Source: Candidatus Terraquivivens tengchongensis | Lineage (GTDB): Archaea; Thermoproteota; Nitrososphaeria_A; Caldarchaeales; Wolframiiraptoraceae | Assembly: GCA_023261845.1 (NCBI GenBank) | Contig: JALNJZ010000002.1 | Location: forward strand, 136,997-200,996 | Length of the DNA: 64,000 bases | Reading direction: 5' to 3' | Shown: positions 57,393 through 64,000 of the stretch, piece after piece | Position numbering within the stretch: the stretch's first letter is position 1 | Layout of the letters: the number at the start of each line of letters is the position of its first letter | The notes under the pieces: generated by a model | Database searches by the model: none | Told to the model about the DNA's origin: nothing | The model's input: only the letters and a program-made list of their open reading frames with translations | Position numbers and translations under genes: made by a program

Positions 57393-57963
57393 CCAAGAAA
57401 TTTTTCAGAATCTTTTTACCATCCTCGCACATCACGGACTCAGGATGGAACTGCACGCCTTCTATAGGATGCTCTATATGGCGAACACCCATTATCTCAT
57501 AGTCATCAATAGATTCAGCCGTAATTACAAGACATGAGGGCAAGGATTTCCTCTCCCCGCAAAGGGAATGGTAGCGGGCAACCCTCAGAGGATTCTTGAC
57601 GTTTTTGAAGAGACCCGTACCGTCATGCCTGATAAGACTAGTCTTTCCATGCATGAGTCTCTTCGCCTTTACAATTTTACCACCGAAGGCATAAATTATG
57701 CTCTGATGCCCTAAGCAAACACCGAGTATAGGTATTTTGGGTCCTAACTCCTTGACTATGTCGATACACGAGCCGACGTACTTCGGGTCTTGGGGAGATC
57801 CAGGACCTGGCGATAAGATTATCCTATCAGGCTCCAGCATTTTAGCACGCTCCAAAGTTATCTCATCATTCCTGTACACAAGAGGTCTGCCGCCCAATTC
57901 ACCGACGTACTGGACTAAGTTGTAAACGAAGGAATCGTAATTATCTATGATGAGAACCCTCAT
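57382..57963 (-). CDS. trpG: anthranilate synthase component II (glutamine amidotransferase)
   Basis: Class-I GATase motifs (ILGVCLGHQ; HPES). Confidence 0.85.
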   Translation of the reverse strand: MRVLIIDNYDSFVYNLVQYVGELGGRPLVYRNDEITLERAKMLEPDRIILSPGPGSPQDPKYVGSCIDIVKELGPKIPILGVCLGHQSIIYAFGGKIVKAKRLMHGKTSLIRHDGTGLFKNVKNPLRVARYHSLCGERKSLPSCLVITAESIDDYEIMGVRHIEHPIEGVQFHPESVMCEDGKKILKNFLDGF

Positions 57964-59276
57964 TTTCCTTCACCACTAGACATCTTCAACGCTTCCACGA
58001 GCGGGGCAAGTTTGTGTTCAGTCTCCATCCATTCGTTTTCAGCCTTTGACTCCGCGACTATACCTGCGCCTGCTTGAATGAATGCTCTACCATTGTTGAT
58101 GAACATCGTCCTAATCGTTATCGCAAAGTTTGAGTTGCCGTTGAATGATATGTAGCCGACCGAGCCAGCGTACGGTCCCCTCCTCGTAGGCTCCAATTCC
58201 TCTATGATCTCCATCGCTCTAACCTTTGGCGCACCCGTTACAGTGCCTGCTGGAAACACGGCTCTAAGCGCGTCGTAGCAATCGCAACCTTCCCTTAGTT
58301 TACCGACAACCCTTGAGACTATGTGAAGCACGTGACTGTACTTGTAGACCTTCTTCAGCTCCGAGACCCGCACGCTACCAAATTTTGAGACCTTGCCTAA
58401 GTCATTCCTCGCAAGGTCGACGAGCATCATGTGCTCAGAAAGTTCTTTTGGGTCATTGAGCAGGTCCTTTCTTAGCATCTTATCGTTTCCGCGTGGTCTT
58501 GTGCCAGCGATGGGCATAGTTTCGACGAAATTACCATGGACCCTAACGAGCGCTTCTGGGCTGGAGCCTATGATGTATCTTTCCCCCATCTTCAAGATGT
58601 ACATATAAGGAGAAGGATTGAGCCCACGTAACGCTGAATAGAACGTAATCACGCTGCCCTTAACGTTAAAACTGTACTTCTTTGATAGGACAACTTGGAA
58701 AGCATCACCGGCGGCTATGTATTCCTTGACAACCTCTACCATTGAGATGAACTTCTCTTTATCAACGTTGGGCCTGAGCTCCGTGTGTAATAGGGGTTGT
58801 TGCTCCGGCTTTTTCACGAGTAAGTGCGTAATCTCATCAAGTCTATCCTCCTTAAGGTAATAGTAGTGTACCCTCCTGTCCTTTCCATTAAATAGTAGGC
58901 CGTCATAGTATGCTCCAAACTCCATGTCTGGAAATCCATGGTCATCGACGGTTTTCTGAGGCAACTTTTCCAAGTACCTGACCAGATCGTATGATACGTA
59001 GCCAACGGCGCCTCCAGCAAATTTTAACTTTGCATGGTTGTGATGTATCTGACCTACAGCTTCTCTCAAAGTTTGCAAGGGCTCCGATGTCCTTTTGCGC
59101 AGTTCGCCCTCGGGCGACTTAATAACGCACACACCATCTTTAACTATAACAGTTTTCAGAGGATTAAAGCCCACTAAGCACTGTTGGGCAATCCTACGCC
59201 TTGAATTTGTAAACTCTATGAGGTATGCATATTCGTAATGCTCGCTCAGGTTTGTGAAAACTTCAATGGGTGACAA
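57960..59276 (-). CDS. trpE: anthranilate synthase component I
   Basis: Chorismate-binding domain ([21 protein letters not shown]..). First gene of the operon. Confidence 0.85.
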   Translation of the reverse strand: MSPIEVFTNLSEHYEYAYLIEFTNSRRRIAQQCLVGFNPLKTVIVKDGVCVIKSPEGELRKRTSEPLQTLREAVGQIHHNHAKLKFAGGAVGYVSYDLVRYLEKLPQKTVDDHGFPDMEFGAYYDGLLFNGKDRRVHYYYLKEDRLDEITHLLVKKPEQQPLLHTELRPNVDKEKFISMVEVVKEYIAAGDAFQVVLSKKYSFNVKGSVITFYSALRGLNPSPYMYILKMGERYIIGSSPEALVRVHGNFVETMPIAGTRPRGNDKMLRKDLLNDPKELSEHMMLVDLARNDLGKVSKFGSVRVSELKKVYKYSHVLHIVSRVVGKLREGCDCYDALRAVFPAGTVTGAPKVRAMEIIEELEPTRRGPYAGSVGYISFNGNSNFAITIRTMFINNGRAFIQAGAGIVAESKAENEWMETEHKLAPLVEALKMSSGEGK

Positions 59277-59539
59277 ATCAGTGTATACGTCTTTAAACCT
59301 TGGCCGTTCGTATGTCTGATCAATGCCAAAGGCACATGCCCCGCAACCTTAGCGTAGTTACGAAGATTGATTGTATTTAATAATTAGTGCACAAAAATGC
59401 TCAACGCAAAATCGAGAATAATGGCCCAGAAAAACGACGTTTAAACCCAAAAGGATCTAAGTTCTTTTTGAATGTACAATTCTGTTACATTAAAAACGGC
59501 TCCATGGTTATGTTTAGATACTGCCCATAGCAGTTATGC

Positions 59540-60526
59540 ATGCGTATGAGAGAGCGGAACACCATAACGGTATGGGTTCCTTCTAGCTCCGCAAACCTCG
59601 GACCAGGTTTCGACGTGCTTTCCATAGCACTTAGAGAACCGTCCCTAAAAGTGAGCCTGTCATTCTGTGGCGGTGATAATATCAAGCTTGTACTCAAAGG
59701 TAAATATGGAGAAACTCTTTGCGCCAGCCCAGAAGTTCACTCCGGATGCAGAGCACTTAGAGCACTCATGAACAAGTACAGCATCAATGAAGGGCTTGAA
59801 ATGGTTGTGTATGTTGACATACCGCCGAAAAAGGGCCTCGGACTTTCTGGTGCAGAGGCCGCTGGTGCCGTAGTCGCATTAAACGAATTGCTTTCCTTGG
59901 CACTATCGAAAGATGAGTTAGTTCACTACGCATCATATGGTGAGCCGGAAGGGCATTTGGATAACGTGTCTGCCTCGGTATGCGGAGGCTTTAACATCGT
60001 GGTAAAAGACTACGTCAGCGGAATGCCGCGCGTTTATAACTTCAGACCACCATCAGACCTTGGCACAGTCGTCATAGTTCCGAATATAGAAAAGAAATCC
60101 ACGGAGGATGCAAGAAAGGCCGTTCCCGCATTCGTCCACAAGAGCGATATGATCGGGAACATTTCCAGAGTTGCTGCAGTATCTGTAGGTTTTGTCACAG
60201 GCGACGTGGAGTGCATTCTGAGAAACATAGCATGGGATACTGTTGTCGAGAGGGCTAGAGCTGATTCTCAGGTGTACGGAAATGGTATAGACTGGCGATT
60301 CTTGGAAGAAGAGAAGCTCTACTTGTTCAAAAAGTACGGCATCGCAGAGACAATAAGCGGTGCTGGCCCCTCAAGGATTTTGTGGTATAGTATATCACGG
60401 CATTCACAGGTGGTAGATGAGGCCTTAGGCTATGTTGTAGACCGTATAAAAGAGCTCGGGTATAGCGTGGAAGGGATTTTCAAGACGTATCCGTCTGGAA
60501 TTGGTGCGTATAAATTATCGGAATGA
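59540..60526 (+). CDS. thrB: GHMP kinase, homoserine-kinase-like
   Basis: ANLGPGFDVLSIAL and PPKKGLGLSGAEAAGAVVALNELL (P-x3-GLGSS-like) motifs. Confidence 0.6.
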   Translation: MRMRERNTITVWVPSSSANLGPGFDVLSIALREPSLKVSLSFCGGDNIKLVLKGKYGETLCASPEVHSGCRALRALMNKYSINEGLEMVVYVDIPPKKGLGLSGAEAAGAVVALNELLSLALSKDELVHYASYGEPEGHLDNVSASVCGGFNIVVKDYVSGMPRVYNFRPPSDLGTVVIVPNIEKKSTEDARKAVPAFVHKSDMIGNISRVAAVSVGFVTGDVECILRNIAWDTVVERARADSQVYGNGIDWRFLEEEKLYLFKKYGIAETISGAGPSRILWYSISRHSQVVDEALGYVVDRIKELGYSVEGIFKTYPSGIGAYKLSE

Positions 60527-60572
60527 TTTAGATAAAATGGTTTATTAATAGGACGTTTTACGTTAAGCCGTC

Positions 60573-60989
60573 ATGCAAGACGACGAGTTAGAAAAAATAA
60601 AGCAACGTAAACTTGCCGAGCTTATGAAGAAAATATCAGGAATAAAGGGTGGCTTTGTAACACAGACACCTTCTGAGCCCGTTACGCTTACCGATGAAAA
60701 TTTTGATAGTTTTATCTCGAGTAACAGGCTTGCTGTCGTAGACTTTTGGGCGGAATGGTGCGCGCCTTGCAGGATGCTCGCACCAGTTATTAAAGAACTC
60801 GCAAAGGAATACGCCGGGAAGATAACCTTCGGGAAGCTCAACGTGGACGAGAATCCAAAGACCGTTATGAAGTTTGGGATAATGAGTATACCGACCCTAA
60901 TAGTTTTTAAAGATGGGCAGCCGGTTGACATGATAATCGGTGCGGTGCCGAAAAGGCAGATAGAAGTGAGACTAAATAGGTACATTTAA
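60573..60989 (+). CDS. trxA: thioredoxin
   Basis: WAEWCAPCRMLAP active site. Thioredoxin fold with a roughly 30-aa N-terminal extension. Confidence 0.8.
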   Translation: MQDDELEKIKQRKLAELMKKISGIKGGFVTQTPSEPVTLTDENFDSFISSNRLAVVDFWAEWCAPCRMLAPVIKELAKEYAGKITFGKLNVDENPKTVMKFGIMSIPTLIVFKDGQPVDMIIGAVPKRQIEVRLNRYI

Positions 60990-61053
60990 AGCAGCATATC
61001 CTTGGAGAAGTGATAATCAAAAAACCCTTTAATAGGTAGTCCGTGCCTCATAT

Positions 61054-62019
61054 TTGGTCAGAACAGAAAAGGCTGGTAGCAAAAATTTGGCCTCACCGGC
61101 ATGGACCGATCTACTTAAGTACGTGGAAACAGCAAGGGCAGAGATAGACAGGAAGCTCCTAGAGAAGATTAATAACAGGAGCGATAGGATAGTTATAAAA
61201 AATGTACTATCCGGTGGGAAGAGATTAAGACCTGTGTTGCTTCTGCTTGCTTACGATACCCTTGGGGGTAAAGATAGAGATGCGGCACTTGATGTTGCCT
61301 GTGCTTTAGAGCTTGCACATAACGCGAGCTTGATTCATGACGACATAATTGACGGTGATATCGAGAGAAGGGGTAAACCAGCGCTTTGGAGACAGATAGG
61401 GGTGGTGAATGCGATCATACAGGGGCACAGGATGATTAATCTTGCTTTTCAGACAGTACTCGACAAGGGAATCGAACTTGCTAAGATATTCCTCAAGGCA
61501 TGGAATGACGCCTCCGCAGGGGTTCTGGAAGAGATATTTTCAGGAGAGCCGTTCTCCAAGAAGCTTTATGCGAAGATAGTCAAAGAGAAGACTGCTTCAC
61601 TTTTTGCGGCAGCGACCGAAAGTGCTGCGGTGCTCGCACATTCTGACGAGAAGGTAAGAGAGCTGATGAGGAAGTATGGTGAGATGGTTGGTATGGCGTA
61701 TCAGCTTGCGGACGACTACGTCGAAATAGTGAAGGGCAGAAGAAACTTAAACTTTCCTATCTTCATACTTAGACAACTCGAGGAGACAATAAAGCAACTT
61801 TATGTGGCAACGAAAACTGGAAACATTCGTGCGATTTCACCAAAAACTTTATTCAATGTAAAAAAAGTAGACGGCATATTCTTAAAGGAGATCAGGGATT
61901 ATGTAATGAGGGCAAAAGAAATAGCATCCAATCCAGCGATACCAGACTCCCGCTATAAAGTTATGTTAGCAGAGTTTCCAAAATACTGCGTCAATTCTAT
62001 GCTAAATGAGTTAAGATAG
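61054..62019 (+). CDS. trans-polyprenyl diphosphate synthase (GGPP synthase-like)
   Basis: First DDxxD motif (LIHDDIIDGD) and second aspartate motif (QLADDYVEI). Confidence 0.85.
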   Translation: MVRTEKAGSKNLASPAWTDLLKYVETARAEIDRKLLEKINNRSDRIVIKNVLSGGKRLRPVLLLLAYDTLGGKDRDAALDVACALELAHNASLIHDDIIDGDIERRGKPALWRQIGVVNAIIQGHRMINLAFQTVLDKGIELAKIFLKAWNDASAGVLEEIFSGEPFSKKLYAKIVKEKTASLFAAATESAAVLAHSDEKVRELMRKYGEMVGMAYQLADDYVEIVKGRRNLNFPIFILRQLEETIKQLYVATKTGNIRAISPKTLFNVKKVDGIFLKEIRDYVMRAKEIASNPAIPDSRYKVMLAEFPKYCVNSMLNELR

Positions 62020-62508
62020 TTTTGTTCTCTTTTTAAAGAATCTCTTTTCTATCTCCTCTAGCTTTTTTATGTTCTCTTCCTCGGATGGGTCGAATGTTGT
62101 TGAGAACCATGCATCCAGTATATCTTTTGCTTTTTCCTCGGTCGTCTCGGAAAGACTCATCACCAAAATGTTGGGCTTGTTCCATTTTCGCGCACCCTTA
62201 GCAATTTCACTGCTGCTACACAGGGCTGCCCTTATGCCCGGAACCTTATTGGCCGCTATCGTTACGCCAGTACCAGTCCAGCAGAATAATATTCCTTCGT
62301 CCACTTCTCCCTTCAGGATACTCTCAGCAACTTCAACGGCAACATCCGGCCATGAAGCTACGTTCCTAGCAAGGGCACCGCAAAGCTTGACAGTATGTCC
62401 CCTCTTTTTCAGCTCTTCAACGACAAAGTCTGTCAATTTAGTCCTTTCATCACTCCCTACAGCTATCCTCATATCATATTTGAAAATCGAGCGAGCAATA
62501 TTTAGCAT
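62011..62508 (-). CDS. rpiB: RpiB/LacA/LacB-family sugar-phosphate isomerase
   Basis: MRIAVGSDERTKLTDFVVEELKKRGHTV... N-terminal pattern. 165 aa. Confidence 0.55.
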   Translation of the reverse strand: MLNIARSIFKYDMRIAVGSDERTKLTDFVVEELKKRGHTVKLCGALARNVASWPDVAVEVAESILKGEVDEGILFCWTGTGVTIAANKVPGIRAALCSSSEIAKGARKWNKPNILVMSLSETTEEKAKDILDAWFSTTFDPSEEENIKKLEEIEKRFFKKRTKLS

Positions 62509-62856
62509 TTAATTAATTTTCTTAAGTAGTGCCTTTAACGTACCCGAGATCTTTCTAACATCCAAAGATGTGCTCTCTCCTCCGACGTTATTGACCATGG
62601 CGATGGCCGCTACAAGAGTTCTAACCTGCTTCGAGTTACACCTTATCACGATACCATCTAAATCCTTTTGAATCCTGACCAAGTATGGGTTAACGTCTGC
62701 ATAACCCAACGTACCGACGAGATACTGAAGACTTGACAGTATAGCCTTCCATATTTCAGATTTATCAAGCTTAACATCTCTCGGAAAGTGTCTCACGAAA
62801 ACGTAGCGGTATTTAGCCTTCAGCAAGCCATACGCCCTCCTGTACCATCTTGCCAA
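62509..62856 (-). CDS. RNase P protein subunit Pop5
   Basis: Roughly 115 aa with a Pop5-like pattern (RYVFVRHFPRD...DGIVIRCNSKQVRTLVAAIAMV). Paired with rpp30 as in the conserved archaeal cluster. Confidence 0.55.
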   Translation of the reverse strand: MARWYRRAYGLLKAKYRYVFVRHFPRDVKLDKSEIWKAILSSLQYLVGTLGYADVNPYLVRIQKDLDGIVIRCNSKQVRTLVAAIAMVNNVGGESTSLDVRKISGTLKALLKKIN

Positions 62857-63490
62857 GTAGCTTAGCTCTGTTTCTAAGCAGTATGTTTAATGGTATGGTT
62901 GAGAGCGCATCAAGCGAACGTTCGAAGTTAAGGCCAAGCGCATTGACAATACACGAAACATCGAAAGGCCCCCTCTGCTCCACGGGGTTAGAGGCACATG
63001 AAGAAAATACGAGACTCAGGTCTTTCATATCGATTAAACGTACAATGCTCCTCATCTTCTGGAGCGCAACCCTATCAGAAATTGTGTCAATAAGTGTAAG
63101 CTCTATTGAGTTTCGTGTTACAGACAGCATGTGCCTATCGAAGCTCATGAAACCGTTTGGTCTAAATACGACGGTGTCAACCCTTCCGTCCCTTAAGGCC
63201 ACCAAGGCCGCATCCCTTGTTAGACAATACACAGTTAACACATCATAAGAGTGTCTGAACTTGGCTGCCGCCTTGAGTACATCGCCCCTTGTCTTAGCAG
63301 ATACAACTGCTTTGCTGTAAATCTCTAAGCCATATTCCTTGGCACTACTCTTTAATTCTTCGAGCATAGGTTTAGGTGCCTCCACGACGAGCGTCGAGTA
63401 TCCTAAATCAAATGCCCTCTTACACATCTCCTTCGCAACGTTGACATCAGGAGGTCTTATCCAAAAATCGACGAACGTCCTCTTACCCAC
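62813..63490 (-). CDS. RNase P protein subunit Rpp30 (TIM-barrel p30)
   Basis: 225 aa. N-terminus FVDFWIRPPDVNVAKEMCKRAFDLGYSTLVV is typical of Rpp30. Adjacent to pop5. Confidence 0.6.
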   Translation of the reverse strand: MGKRTFVDFWIRPPDVNVAKEMCKRAFDLGYSTLVVEAPKPMLEELKSSAKEYGLEIYSKAVVSAKTRGDVLKAAAKFRHSYDVLTVYCLTRDAALVALRDGRVDTVVFRPNGFMSFDRHMLSVTRNSIELTLIDTISDRVALQKMRSIVRLIDMKDLSLVFSSCASNPVEQRGPFDVSCIVNALGLNFERSLDALSTIPLNILLRNRAKLLGKMVQEGVWLAEG

Positions 63491-63492
63491 AA

Positions 63493-63906
63493 TTATACAC
63501 CCAGCTTATCCTTCAAAGCGTTTAAACTTCCAGCAATCCTGATCTCGAGCTTTATAGCATCGCTGTCTGAGAGCCTTAAGCTTCCGAGGTATGCGCTTTG
63601 CTTATCAAGCCTTACGTAAAGTATACTTTCCTGCCCTTTTTCTTCGAACGCCTCAGAGACCAACGTGGACTTCTCGATAACGCTTAAACATTTCTCTAGT
63701 TTATCCAGCACTGCCTTGGCTTGGTCCTCGTCATTTAACTCTAAGGTTAACAGCACTATGGGGTCCCCATAATGGCCGATCAGTTGTTCCCTCTTAAGCT
63801 TCCCCTTCTCTATACTGCCCAAAACATTCTCAAGAGCTTTTAGCACCTTCTTCTCGTCTTCAGTGGCATGACATATAACCCTGGCGGTTACGCCCAAAAC
63901 CCTCAT
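63493..63906 (-). CDS. conserved archaeal protein (DUF54/UPF0201-like) linked to RNase P genes
   Basis: 137-aa ORF immediately upstream of rpp30 on the same strand. Family assignment is tentative. Confidence 0.3.
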   Translation of the reverse strand: MRVLGVTARVICHATEDEKKVLKALENVLGSIEKGKLKREQLIGHYGDPIVLLTLELNDEDQAKAVLDKLEKCLSVIEKSTLVSEAFEEKGQESILYVRLDKQSAYLGSLRLSDSDAIKLEIRIAGSLNALKDKLGV

Positions 63907-64000
63907 AGCCAGACTATGTAAGGGTAGAAGCTGCTGATAAGCTTATTAAATGGAATCAGCACCAGACCTACAAACGGTTGAGTACAGGCATGACGGGTCT

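Noticed and set aside
59540-60526. Considered archaeal GHMP-type shikimate kinase because of its position next to the trp operon
   Set aside because: The N-terminal NLGPGFD and the PxxxGLGxSxAxA motifs match homoserine kinase much better than the archaeal shikimate kinase signature.
1-64000. Looked for CRISPR arrays, IS elements, integrases and long direct or inverted repeats
   Set aside because: No regularly spaced short repeats, no transposase or integrase-like ORFs, and no terminal inverted repeats were seen by eye. An exhaustive repeat search needs computation.

Overview
This 64 kb window is densely coded on both strands and reads as archaeal: aIF-1A next to a RIO kinase, topoisomerase VI subunit B, RNase P proteins Rpp30 and Pop5, tRNA-splicing endonuclease, a stand-alone 5S rRNA, a tRNA carrying a non-canonical intron, and the archaeal alternative mevalonate-pathway genes. 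It most likely comes from a TACK/Thermoproteota lineage, possibly Aigarchaeota-like. Most of the content is housekeeping: a trpEGDCFA operon, tyrA with a chorismate-mutase/aminotransferase fusion, a pyrF-pyrE fusion, gcvH, ilvE, glyS, two paralogous ADP-forming acyl-CoA synthetases, a polyprenyl synthase, thioredoxin and an sHSP. The outstanding feature, at about 17.9-23.1 kb, is a compact, translationally coupled eukaryote-type ubiquitylation cassette. It comprises a divergent Rpn11-like JAMM protease, a ubiquitin-like protein made as a precursor with a 15-aa tail after its Gly-Gly, a UBC-fold E2, a ThiF/E1 activating enzyme and a small RING-like zinc-finger protein. It is flanked by three coiled-coil proteins, one with a PspA/ESCRT-III-like N-terminus, and by a polytopic membrane protein ending in a second RING-like finger, which is a candidate membrane-anchored E3. 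Other points worth a second look are a JAMM-CysM pair implying protein-thiocarboxylate-dependent cysteine synthesis, two apparently frameshifted genes, an ABC-transporter remnant beside tRNA-Arg, and an accessory-looking block between the two tRNA genes.
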